This document shows, one piece after another, positions 10,150 through 19,995 of a stretch of 64,000 nucleotides of DNA. Source of the DNA: an uncultured delta proteobacterium (GTDB lineage Bacteria; Desulfobacterota; WTBG01; CAIYCZ01; CAIRTM01); NCBI GenBank assembly GCA_963804955.1, contig CAWDSQ010000007.1, forward strand, positions 32,001 through 96,000, written 5' to 3'. The notes under the pieces are model-generated. The model was given only the letters and a program-made list of their open reading frames with translations. It was not told where the DNA came from and did not search any database. Both the position numbers and the translations under genes were made by a program. The stretch's first letter is position 1. Each line of letters begins with the position of its first letter.

Positions 10150-12585
10150 AGCTTTTTGCTTGCGCGAAACCGGCTTTCTCCGTTTTTTCTTTCCCGCAGG
10201 CCGGGGCTCTGCAACCAGCGCAGCTTTGATCGCCTCATCAATACGGTCAACAAAAACAAATGTCATATCAGCTTTAACCGCATCGGGCGTTTCATCGAGA
10301 TCTTTTTTATTAAGCCGCGGCAGAATAACGGTAGTGATGCCGGCCCGCTTGGCAGCAAGAACCTTCTCCTTCAGTCCGCCTATCGGGAGAACCTTGCCAC
10401 GCAGCGTGATCTCGCCGGTCATGGCAATATCGGAGCGAATAAGTTTCCCTGTAAGCATTGAGGTGAGCGCACAGGCCATGGGAATGCCCGCGGAAGGGCC
10501 GTCCTTGGAAATTGCCCCTTCGGGAATGTGCAGATGAATGTCCAGCTTTTTGTAAAAATCTGTAGGTATGCCCAGCTCCCGTGCGTTTGAACGTACATAG
10601 CTCAAAGCCGCCTGAGCAGACTCCTTCATAACATCCCCCAGCTGGCCCGTTATGATAAGACCTTTAGCGCCGTCCATCTTTGTGGCTTCGACAAAAAGAA
10701 TATCTCCGCCCGATGGCGTCCAGGCAAGACCGGTAGCGATTCCGGGCATAGTTATGCGCTCTGCGATATCTGAAAAATATTTTTGCTGCCCCAGGAACTC
10801 CGGCACATCAGTTTTTCCGATATCCATGTGCGTAAGCGAGCCATCTGCAACCTTTCGTGCCACGCCGCGAAAAATTGCTGCAATCTCCCGCTCGAGATTG
10901 CGCACCCCGGCCTCACGTGTGTACTCCTGTATAACCAGCCGAATGGCATCATCTGAAATGGTTAAAGCATCTTCTGTAAGGCCGTGTTCCGCGAGCTGGC
11001 GCTGCACAAGAAATGTCCGCGCGATATGCAGTTTTTCAAGCTCGGTGTAACCGGGAAGCTCCAGCACTTCAAGCCGGTCGCGAAGAGCTGCGGGTATGAC
11101 ATCGATGACATTTGCCGTCGTTATGAAAAAAACATTTGAAAGATCAAAAGGGACCTCAAGATAATGATCTGAAAATGCATGATTCTGTTCCGGATCCAGC
11201 ACTTCCAGCAGTGCTGAGGACGGGTCCCCCCTGAAATCCATGCCCAGCTTGTCTATTTCGTCAAGCATGAAGACAGGATTACTGGAACCTGCTTTTTTCA
11301 TATTCTGAATGATACGCCCCGGCAGCGCCCCGACATAGGTACGACGATGGCCGCGGATTTCAGCCTCATCGCGCACCCCGCCAAGTGAGATGCGAATAAA
11401 CGTCCGGCCAAGCGCCCGGGCTATCGAACGTCCGAGTGATGTTTTGCCAACTCCCGGGGGGCCATAAAAACAAAGTATCGGACCCTTCATATCATTTTTA
11501 AGCTTGCGCACAGCCACATACTCCACAATGCGCTTCTTGATCTTTTCAAGATCATAATGGTCCTCATGGAGAACTTTTTCAACGCTGAGGATGTCAAGAT
11601 TGTCCTCAGTGGCCGTATCCCATGGCATGTCAGTAAGCCAGTCAATATAGGTTCTTGATACGGAATATTCGGCTGCCGCAGGCGACATCATGGCAAGCCG
11701 TTCAACCTCCTTGATCGCTGCCTTTTCAGCCTCTGCCGAAAGGCGGGCTTCTTTGATTCTGGCCCTCAGCCCATCAATTTCAACCTGCTGATCATCCTTA
11801 TCACCGAGTTCAGCCTGTATCTTTTTCAGCTGCTCGCGCAGAAGGTGCTCACGCTGACGCTGGCCGAACTCCTCAGCTATCTCGGACTGGATCTTGTTGC
11901 TCAAGTCCATCTTTTGAATCTCGGTTTGAATGATGCCGAGAGCTTTTCGAAACCGCTCCCGAATCTGGCGTTCTTCCAGCACCTCCTGCTGCTTCTGAAC
12001 GTCGGATGAGGAGTTGGCAACGGAAAAATCAATAATGCGTGAATAGTCATTAAGATTAGCGGCGATAATTTTAAGCTGATCAGAAAGCTGCGGCGATGCA
12101 TCCACAAGGCGGGCAAATTGATTTCGAAGCGTATCAAGCATCGCGTCCAATTCATCGCTCCGCATAATCTCATCTTCCAGAATCCGAACCTCAGCCATAA
12201 TATAGGGCTGTTTCTGGATAAAAGTATCTATCTGCATGCGGGCAACACCCTGACAGATAAAGCTCACTTCTCCCTCTCCGGTATTCATAAGCTTTATGAT
12301 ACGCGCTGCTGTTCCAATCATGCATAAATCAGATGTATCGGGTGTATCGACCTGCTGATTCCGTATCAAGGTAAGCCCCAGAAAACGGTCACGCACCGCC
12401 GCCTCGTTGATCATGCGTGCATAACTGGCGTTTTTGACTGAAATAGGCCCTATGGCATGCGGAAAAACAACAAAGTTGGTCAAAGGCAAAATTGGCAGTT
12501 GCGAAGGGATATGCGATTTTTCAGAATCTACGGCCTGCGGCGCATCAGAGGACACATCGACGGATACATCTTTTTCTTCTTCCAT
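10144..12585 (-). CDS. lon: ATP-dependent Lon protease
   Basis: Lon N-domain LPILPL, Walker A GPPGVGKTS, LDEIDK, catalytic KDGPSAG and KEK. Confidence 0.97.
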   Translation of the reverse strand: MEEEKDVSVDVSSDAPQAVDSEKSHIPSQLPILPLTNFVVFPHAIGPISVKNASYARMINEAAVRDRFLGLTLIRNQQVDTPDTSDLCMIGTAARIIKLMNTGEGEVSFICQGVARMQIDTFIQKQPYIMAEVRILEDEIMRSDELDAMLDTLRNQFARLVDASPQLSDQLKIIAANLNDYSRIIDFSVANSSSDVQKQQEVLEERQIRERFRKALGIIQTEIQKMDLSNKIQSEIAEEFGQRQREHLLREQLKKIQAELGDKDDQQVEIDGLRARIKEARLSAEAEKAAIKEVERLAMMSPAAAEYSVSRTYIDWLTDMPWDTATEDNLDILSVEKVLHEDHYDLEKIKKRIVEYVAVRKLKNDMKGPILCFYGPPGVGKTSLGRSIARALGRTFIRISLGGVRDEAEIRGHRRTYVGALPGRIIQNMKKAGSSNPVFMLDEIDKLGMDFRGDPSSALLEVLDPEQNHAFSDHYLEVPFDLSNVFFITTANVIDVIPAALRDRLEVLELPGYTELEKLHIARTFLVQRQLAEHGLTEDALTISDDAIRLVIQEYTREAGVRNLEREIAAIFRGVARKVADGSLTHMDIGKTDVPEFLGQQKYFSDIAERITMPGIATGLAWTPSGGDILFVEATKMDGAKGLIITGQLGDVMKESAQAALSYVRSNARELGIPTDFYKKLDIHLHIPEGAISKDGPSAGIPMACALTSMLTGKLIRSDIAMTGEITLRGKVLPIGGLKEKVLAAKRAGITTVILPRLNKKDLDETPDAVKADMTFVFVDRIDEAIKAALVAEPRPAGKKKRRKPVSRKQKAS

Positions 12586-12641
12586 GGATATCTCCTTATA
12601 CTAAGACTATATCCAGCCTCAAGCTGATTTCATCTGCGCTT

Positions 12642-13061
12642 TTATTCAACTAAAATTAAACGGCGGTCACACCTGAACAAGCGCAGATAAAGAAAGCCGT
12701 TTTCATACCGTGCCTCTATGCTGTTCTCGTCGATATCAGCCGGTATTCGAAAACGCTTCTGGAAGTGCCCGAAGTCTATCTCAAGCCTGTGGACCGATTG
12801 CTTACCGGGGATATCGGGCTCCCGGCGAGTGCCTGAAACCGATAGGAGCTTGCCCTCAACAACAATAGACACTTCATCCCGCGTGATGCCTGCAATGTCC
12901 AGTATGATAACCATGCCGTCATTTACTTCGTAGATATCTGTATCGGGCGCCCACATGTCTTTGGCATAACAACGCATGGAAGGCTGCGGATAATCAATAT
13001 CATCGTCCGGATGGAGCGTAAATGCTCCCATCTTGAACCAGTTGCACCTTGCTGAACTCAT
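12642..13061 (-). CDS. Hsp20/alpha-crystallin small heat shock protein
   Basis: WAPDTDIYE, EIDFGHFQKRFRIP, ARYENGFL. Confidence 0.9.
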   Translation of the reverse strand: MSSARCNWFKMGAFTLHPDDDIDYPQPSMRCYAKDMWAPDTDIYEVNDGMVIILDIAGITRDEVSIVVEGKLLSVSGTRREPDIPGKQSVHRLEIDFGHFQKRFRIPADIDENSIEARYENGFLYLRLFRCDRRLILVE

Positions 13062-13157
13062 ACTCTCCTCCCCAAACAAGATGTCTATCTGACCGCCCTG
13101 CACATGGCGTCTATGTTATAGCACTGTATACGCATATTTTACAGAATTGCAATTCAT

Positions 13158-13191
13158 AAAAAAGCGCCCGCGGATAAAACCCGCGGGCGCT
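13158..13191 (-). terminator. Rho-independent terminator after the PPIase gene
   Basis: AGCGCCCGCGG stem followed by a T6 tail on the minus strand. Confidence 0.8.
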
Positions 13192-13216
13192 GATCTGGTG
13201 CTTTAAAAAAGCATTC

Positions 13217-14323
13217 TCAATTTTTACCATATACTATGGTTGCCTGCTTGGTTAAACCATCAATATAGTCCTTAATGGCCTTCTGTTTGTTTTGCTCCTG
13301 AAGGCTCTTGATGATGTCAGGCTTCACTTCATCGAGAGTTTTTGTCTTTGCCTGCATATGCTCCAGCGTCTGAATGATATGATAGCCGAACTGGGTTTCG
13401 ACCACAGGACCTATCGCATCGACCTTCTGGCCGAATGCGGCATCCTCAAAAGGTTTCACCATTTGCCCCTTCGAAAACGTACCGAGATCGCCGCCCTTGG
13501 CTTTGCTGGGACAATCGGAACTTTCCTGCGCTAACTTAGCGAAATCTCCGCCTGCTAGAAGCTTCTTGCGGATGTCATCAATCTTAGCCTTCTTTGGCTT
13601 TTTCACCGTTTCGTTATCTGTGGCATTTGTCTTCACAAGAATATGGCGTGCGTGAACCTTTTCCGGCTCATCAAATTTCGCCTTATTGACATCAAAATAA
13701 TTCTTAATTTCTTCATCTGCGGGTGTGGGGCCAGCCGTAATCTGCGAATCCATCAGCTTCTTGGCCTTGAGGATATTCTTGATATCGGACTTCAGTTTGT
13801 CAATGCTGACACCCTGCTGCTTGAGAACATCCTCAAGTTTCGTGCCTGGGGGAATCTGCTGCTCATACTCCTTTAGCTGCGCATTTACTTCATCGTCCGT
13901 GACTATAATCTTCTTCTTGTCGGCTTCCTGCGCAAGCACGGTCTTCTGGATAAAATAATCTGAAAGCTGCTGGCGCCATTTGCCCTTCATCTGCTCAAGC
14001 TGTGCCTTTACCTGCTCCATCTGCTCGGGGGGTACCTGCTTTGAGATAGAGGCCATCTGGCCATCAAGCATTGCATCCACTTCAGCGGTGGTCAATTTTT
14101 CGTCATTAACTTTAACGATAAAATCATCCTTGCCGTCTGAGGCAGGTTTGGCATCAGCTTTTGGAGCCGGTACTTTAGGAACTTCGGCCTTGGGTTTTTC
14201 AACCTTTTGTTCTGCCGGCTTCTTGTCATTCTCTGAGGCCGAACACGCAACAAGGTTCATAGCAAAAACCATGGCAACAGCAAGTGCGAAAATGGGCATA
14301 CATACTGCTGGATACTTTTTCAT
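13217..14323 (-). CDS. Parvulin-type peptidyl-prolyl isomerase (PrsA/SurA-like lipoprotein)
   Basis: LVAC lipobox, VHARHILVK, SDCPSKAKGGDLG, MVKPFE, TQFGYHII. Confidence 0.93.
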   Translation of the reverse strand: MKKYPAVCMPIFALAVAMVFAMNLVACSASENDKKPAEQKVEKPKAEVPKVPAPKADAKPASDGKDDFIVKVNDEKLTTAEVDAMLDGQMASISKQVPPEQMEQVKAQLEQMKGKWRQQLSDYFIQKTVLAQEADKKKIIVTDDEVNAQLKEYEQQIPPGTKLEDVLKQQGVSIDKLKSDIKNILKAKKLMDSQITAGPTPADEEIKNYFDVNKAKFDEPEKVHARHILVKTNATDNETVKKPKKAKIDDIRKKLLAGGDFAKLAQESSDCPSKAKGGDLGTFSKGQMVKPFEDAAFGQKVDAIGPVVETQFGYHIIQTLEHMQAKTKTLDEVKPDIIKSLQEQNKQKAIKDYIDGLTKQATIVYGKN

Positions 14324-14676
14324 CAATACTCCTTTCAAAAACATTCACCTTTTACCCTCTTTTTATTTGAATAACTTCGCATATCTGAACATTTGGCGAG
14401 TTATCAAATGAGAGAGAGGCACCGTAATAAATTTGTACTATATCGGCTTGGGGGGCTGAGTGTCAATATAAAATAATCAGTTAAAAAGACAAAATCATGC
14501 ATTTGGAGCTAATAAGCTGACGTTGCGTTTATTTATTATTCTGGGACCAAAACCAGTACAGCACCCGTAACGGCAATCCGGGCATCGTGGAACTCAACAC
14601 GAACGATCTCAGTACCATAAGCGGCACTACTTGTATTCGCAAACAACCTTCAATTGAAACGCACGAGCCTCACCAG

Positions 14677-14717
14677 AAAATAAGCCCCCGTGACAAACAT
14701 CGTCAGAGGGCTTATTT
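14677..14717 (-). terminator. Probable terminator at the end of the reductase/chelatase block
   Basis: AAATAAGCCC...GGGCTTATTT inverted repeat. Confidence 0.6.
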
Positions 14718-14739
14718 GATTTCTTGATAGCTTAAAACT

Positions 14740-15968
14740 TACTTCTTTACCGGCATGCTTCCAGTTGCTCAAGCACTCAGCTGATCATCATTCCATGCAC
14801 CCAGGTGCACTACGGGAATTGAAGAAGGCACTCCTGACCGGTCCACCATGGAACGGAATTTCATGCTCGCTGTGAATGCTCTCCGCGCTTATGTTGACGG
14901 CGAAACCAGTATCTTTTTGACGCCGCCGGCAAGTAGCCCCTGCACAGCGGCTGTATGTCCGGCTGCTTGAATTCCATATAGGCAAGAGCGATATGAGCTC
15001 TTTTAAAGCCTTCGGCCGCAAGCAGCTTTTTTGTTTCCAGCCGGAATGAGTTCTCCTGCTCGGGCTGTGTTTTAAATAAGGCGTCCCAGGATGCGGGCTG
15101 GCCATGGGCACCAGCAGAATGCCGATATCGGATTTGTCCATATCCACTGAGGCCCTGAGTGCGCGCTCGACGTTCATGCGCATCAGCCGCTGGAGTTTTT
15201 AGCGTATCCGTGAACGCACAGCTTCACGCCGTGTTTTTCAGGCTGCAGAGCTCGATCTCTTTCGGCCCATAGCGGAGTGATCCGAATCGGTAAGCCAGAC
15301 ATTGCGAAGTACACGCCGGTCAAGCCCCCTCATGTAAGGCGCGGGCTGCCGCGACATCGGCATGCTGGGCGTCGTTCGGAAGCGGCGATATGCACACGGG
15401 AATTGAGGATCGCACTTTTTCCGGTATAAAGCCTCGATCCGCTCCATGGATGCGTATTTCATGCGGTTATGAAAGCTCTCGGCGCTTAAATTGACCGGAT
15501 TCAACCAGGACTTTCTTGAAAAAAAACGGCCTGAAGGGCCAGGCACAAACGGCACGCCGGTTTCATCCGATTTCATGTCGGATGGCATGATTTCCATGCC
15601 GGCAAAAGCGCCATCGTACGTCTCTAAGGCTCGCCGTGGGTAAAACAGATGATGGCTGTATGCCCAGGCGATGTTGAGCGCACCGGCGCGGGCTGTTTTT
15701 CAAATACCGGCGTCCCAGGTACACGGGCAGGCGATAAGCTACCAGCGAATGCCGCACATCAGCAGAGCCCGAGTCCATAGTCACCTGCGGACCTTGATTG
15801 CAAGCTCGCACGATCATGCGCATCAGACGTCAGGAATTTTTGAGCGTATCGGAAACGCACAGCCGGCACGCCATATTGTTCAGGCTGCAATGCCTCGATA
15901 TCGTACTGCGAGACCCCTGCGACAAGGGAATAAACGCTGCAATCATACCGTATACAAAACCCCGACAT
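14740..15968 (-). CDS. Ferrochelatase-family (class II chelatase-like) protein, heavily frameshifted; start uncertain
   Basis: Manual frame-joining gives GHTAIICFTHGEP-ETY (~15665-15615), MKYASM, GILLV-HGQPASWDALFKTQPEQENSFR (~15125-15040), NISAESIHSEHEIP and LGAWNDD, in the order expected for ferrochelatase-like proteins. Confidence 0.65.
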
Positions 15969-16047
15969 TTAAAAGAATAAGGCGGTCAGTCGCCGTCCTG
16001 TACGGCGACTAAAGCGCCGCTCCTCCGTTAACATTCATAAATCGGTA

Positions 16048-16069
16048 GGGGCTCAAAATTTTGAGCCCC
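16048..16069. repeat. Perfect palindrome, GTAG-headed (REP-like)
   Basis: gta-GGGGCTCAAAATTTTGAGCCCC; a second hairpin AGTCGCCGT/ACGGCGACT lies at 15988-16010. Confidence 0.6.
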
Positions 16070-16082
16070 GGCATTGGAACCG

Positions 16083-16762
16083 TTACAATTTTATAAGAAA
16101 CTGCTCCGGCCTCTTGGACCGCGGCGCGCGCAACGACTTCAAAGGTGCGGTTCTTCATGGCCGGGTTCTCCAGGGCATCAACGCACACGCGGGCAATCTG
16201 CTCGCGCTTCACGCGGCCCGTGATCTTGCCGCCCTCGCCGAAGGCGACTTCATCAGGACTTTTACCTTCGTGTACCCGCCGGGCCGTATGATCGTGTAAT
16301 CGATCCCGCAGGACTGAATGAATGCCTCGCTCTTGTCCCTTGTGACTCAGCACGCTCATCATTGGCCATCTATACATGGGCGATACGGCATCGCGGCTGT
16401 TGCCAACCCCGACGGATGAAATGACAACGATCTGCTTGAGGCCCTTTGCCTTGGCGGCCCGCGCAAGGTTCTGGTTACCCATATTGTCGATCTTGTCGTT
16501 TTCCGACCCCTGAAGGGCTTTTTGGAGCCGATGGCGCTTATCATGTAGTGCGCGCCTTCCATGGCCTTCTCAAGAACGGCACAGAGGTAAGATCCCCTCA
16601 GCGCACGGTCTACACCCGTGAGGCCGCAGGTTGGAGCCGAGTCAAACGGCGGCACCATGAGGGCCCGCACCTTGTAGCCCCGCTTCAAAAGCTCCTGCAC
16701 CACCAGCCTGGCCTGTCCCTGCCGTGGCGCCTGCAACCACTACTGTTTTTTCACCGAGCCAT
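16083..16762 (-). CDS. Atypical SDR / NAD(P)H-binding protein, frameshifted
   Basis: Joined frames: KTVVVAGAT..G..RLVVQELLKRGYKVRAL, ISAIGS, DNMGNQNLARAAK..G..QIVVISSVG, REQIARVCV..NRTFEV; GGAGG RBS. Confidence 0.85.
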
Positions 16763-16858
16763 ACTTGCCTCCTTGCAATATATTTTGTGGATAGCGCTTC
16801 GCAGGCCCAACCGACATCCAAGAAAAAACCAATAAAACTAAAGGACCGATATGCATTT

Positions 16859-18586
16859 TTACATCCCAACTCTTTTCTGAACTCCTCCACCGTCGCGCCA
16901 ATGACAGTTATCCCGTGATTTGCCGCGGGCATAATCCTCGGTGCCGGAAACTGCGGCCTGACGGAAGGGCGACGGCACAAGCTCGAGCATGCCCTTTGCC
17001 TCGTCATCCCACGGCATGGTGAAGGTGAGGCTTGAGATCGGCACTTCTTCATCTTCTTCTGCGGCCGGGGGAGGTACTGCGTCATCGCCAAAGACAGCCG
17101 AAAACTTGGCCTTGAACTTGGTTGGCGTAAACTTATCGGATACTTCCCGAAAGATTGTTACCGTCACATTAGTGCCCCGCTCTTTGGCGATCTGCTCGGC
17201 AACGGAATGCAGCTTTTTTAGGGCTGTAGCACGCACGAAGTGCGGTATCATCTCGCCAACCTTTATCATGGCCTGCTCTGCCGCGATGTCCCAGGGCACT
17301 GAGCCCGTGGAGATGGAGCCCATCATATCGCCCTTGGTCTCAAGGAATATGCCCATATAGACCTCGTTCACCAGGCCCTCAACAAGGTACTTGGCGCCCA
17401 TAAAGCCCATAAACGGGCAGTTCTCCGAGCTCAAATACCCGATGGTGGGAATATCCGAGAAAATAAAATTTTTGAACCCCTCATCCATGCTCACTTTCTT
17501 ATCATAGAAGTTGCCATAGATTACCATGGGGCCTTTTTCAACGAACTTGTCGCGCTTCTCCTCAATGGTGGGGCATATGAGCACATCATCGCACAGGGCC
17601 TCGAGGCGCTTTGCCGCATCGTGGTTGCTCACCGCAGTCATGACGATGCCAACGCCCACCTCTTTATTCAAAAACTCGCTGATGCCCACGGCATAGGTGT
17701 TGGCATTTTCAAGTGACAATGCCGCGGTCATTTCAAAGGTGACGGCAAAGACCATATTTGACGAAATGAACTCGAAGGCATTGGCCATCGTTTCTTTCAG
17801 ATACGGCGTCGCATCGATCTTGAAAAAACCGGCGACGCTCTCAAGCCATGCCGCAGAATTCCCGAACCCGATGGGGATAATGTCCGCCATATATGGAATG
17901 CCGAAGCGTTTCTCCATTTCCTGAGCCACCCGCACACCGCTGTCATAGGGGTAGATGCAGAGATTGAGCTCTGCCTGCGCAGCATTTTTAATCTGGCCGA
18001 TGGTTGCGCCTGCAGTGTAGACGCAGTTGACGGTGACGCCGATGCCGGCGAGCATCCGCGTCAGCTCATACACGTCGGCGCGCCAGTTGAAGGTCGAAAA
18101 CGTTGGGCCGATGATGTTGACCGACCGGGGGACTTTTTTGACCGCCGGGTCGACAAGATCAAGAATGCGGATAAAGGCAGTCTCCTTGCCCTCCACAAGC
18201 GAACCGCCGATGGGCGGGTGGATAATGACAGTGTCTTTAAAGCCAACCTTCTTCACAATGCCTTCCACATCGTCGCGCGTCACCTCGACAGTGGGAGCGG
18301 TCACGATTAAAATTGCGCCGGGCTTTTTTGCCGCGATCTTCTCGAGCGTGGTCTCCATGCGGTCTTCGGCGCCCTGCATGATGTTGGCATACGAGAGGTT
18401 GGTCGAATACAGCTCGCAGGACCAGTCATTGACCAGGGCATTCACATGCTGGTTTATGTAGCAGCCCGGGGGCGAATGAAAGATGGTGTCCGCGCCCTTG
18501 ATGCCCAGGCAGGTCCAGAGAGCACCCTCAAAAGCCGAGGGAGTGTGCAGCTCCTGCATTTTGAAATCTTTTTGTGTCTCATTCAT
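16859..18586 (-). CDS. Nitrogenase component-1-like subunit (BchZ/BchB-like) with two C-terminal PCP_red domains
   Basis: HSPPGC, STNL, RSVNIIGP, AQAELN, PIG, PFMGFMGA; C-terminal PWD..A...P.FVR and PWDDEA..L..VP..FR repeats; indels near the 3' end. Confidence 0.85.
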   Translation of the reverse strand: MNETQKDFKMQELHTPSAFEGALWTCLGIKGADTIFHSPPGCYINQHVNALVNDWSCELYSTNLSYANIMQGAEDRMETTLEKIAAKKPGAILIVTAPTVEVTRDDVEGIVKKVGFKDTVIIHPPIGGSLVEGKETAFIRILDLVDPAVKKVPRSVNIIGPTFSTFNWRADVYELTRMLAGIGVTVNCVYTAGATIGQIKNAAQAELNLCIYPYDSGVRVAQEMEKRFGIPYMADIIPIGFGNSAAWLESVAGFFKIDATPYLKETMANAFEFISSNMVFAVTFEMTAALSLENANTYAVGISEFLNKEVGVGIVMTAVSNHDAAKRLEALCDDVLICPTIEEKRDKFVEKGPMVIYGNFYDKKVSMDEGFKNFIFSDIPTIGYLSSENCPFMGFMGAKYLVEGLVNEVYMGIFLETKGDMMGSISTGSVPWDIAAEQAMIKVGEMIPHFVRATALKKLHSVAEQIAKERGTNVTVTIFREVSDKFTPTKFKAKFSAVFGDDAVPPPAAEEDEEVPISSLTFTMPWDDEAKGMLELVPSPFRQAAVSGTEDYARGKSRDNCHWRDGGGVQKRVGM

Positions 18587-18587
18587 G

Positions 18588-19824
18588 TCAGCCTCCATAT
18601 TTCCGCACAAGGCCCTGCCAGGTTTCATAGACGGGCTTGTGCATGTTTTTGAAGAAATTAGTGCCAAGATCGATTGCATAATCGTAGCCGTACTCACACA
18701 GGTACAGCATGTTGATGAACGTGGGCACGAGGCGCGACACGCACTCGGGCTGTGCTTGAAATTCAACCGACACGGCCGTGGGCTTAATCCTGTCGATTAC
18801 GTCGCCGATCAGGTCGAAATCCTCCTCGATAAAGGTAACGCCGTAGCGCTCCTGCATGAGCTTTTTTTCCTGCTGGTAAAATTTATTCTTCATGGACGGC
18901 ACCACAAAAACCTCGGCGCCGAACTCGGCAAAAATCTTGCCGACTGACACTTCGTTTGCCGGTCCTGCCACCATGAGCATGCGGACCTTCTCTTTGGCAA
19001 AACGCTCCCGGATTTTCTCAAGCTCCGGCTTCACGCGCTTTTCCTCTTCATCCACAAGGTCATGCAGCTTTTGATTGTTCATCCTGTCGGCAATAGCGCG
19101 CAGGAAGTTTGACGTGCCCTGAATGCCCGTGGGAATCTCGATAAACTCAACCTCGCCGCCGAAGTTTTCATTCAGGTGCTTGCAGGTAAGCCAGGGTGTT
19201 ATGTGAATGGGATAAGTATTTTTCCGCGCAGACGATCTTAGCCATGCTGTCGATATGGGGCGTGGGAAAGACGAAGTACGGGATATCGGCCTTTTTGAAA
19301 AACATCTCAAGAGAGGCAAGATTGCCCGCGTCCTGGCCCGTGCGGCCGACAATGCCGATAGAGCCGGGCACCTTCTCCTGTTTCTCAAACGTGTCGAGCA
19401 CCGCAACCCAGGCGGCATCAGAGCCCAGGGGCATGGAGCGCGGATAGTTGAAACCGGTAAGGCAGGTGCTCACTTTCAGCTCCGGGATTTCCTTTTTGAG
19501 CTCTATGATAACGCCTTCAATATCCTCGCCGATAAGCTGGGGAATGCAGGTATTGATGATGACGATGACTTTAGGGTGATATTTGTTATAAAGGTTCTTG
19601 ACCTGCAGCTTTAGGCCTGCCTCGCCGCCGAAAATGACGTCGCTTTTGTTGACAAGCGTACCGGCAGTCACAAGCTGCGCCGGTCGGCATGACATGGAGC
19701 CCACCTGGTTCTGGTACGAGCAGGGCTGGGGCCCGTGCAGAAGCGGTATGACGCCTTCGATTTTGCCCAGGCTTGCCAGGGCCTGAATCGTGGAGCAGCA
19801 GTGTTCATAGTGTTTCAGGGGCAT
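18588..19824 (-). CDS. Nitrogenase component-1-like subunit (BchY/BchN/NifD-like), one frameshift near 19220
   Basis: HCCS, LHGPQPC, DVIFGGE, NTCIPQLIGEDI; the ORFs 19168-19824 and 18588-19418 join at an A-run; AGGAGG RBS; abuts the next gene's ATG. Confidence 0.88.
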
Positions 19825-19995
19825 AGGGACCTCCTAATGTAAATTCCTGATTTTGGATTGCCGTATTTTGCATCCCGCAGATGTATTCCTTTTTTTAGCG
19901 AAATCCGCAGCCCACCCTGCATGTTGTCGACCGATTTCAACCAGTGAAGAGCTTCGGCTAATCAAATAATTTTTATTCTGCGTCCTGCACTTGCT

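Noticed and set aside
14400..14680. Possible ncRNA in the intergenic region
   Set aside because: No recognisable 6S, tRNA or riboswitch consensus by eye; an Rfam scan would be needed.
14788..15183. Radical SAM enzyme suggested by the HPGTPY string
   Set aside because: The string is an off-frame reading of HGQPASWDAL; there is no CxxxCxxC motif.
14740..19824. Pseudogenisation or programmed frameshifting in the reductase block
   Set aside because: Similar indels hit unrelated genes (DUF262, rlpA, DUF169, aminotransferase, E2 linker), mostly at homopolymers, so sequencing error is the simpler explanation. Read-level confirmation is needed.
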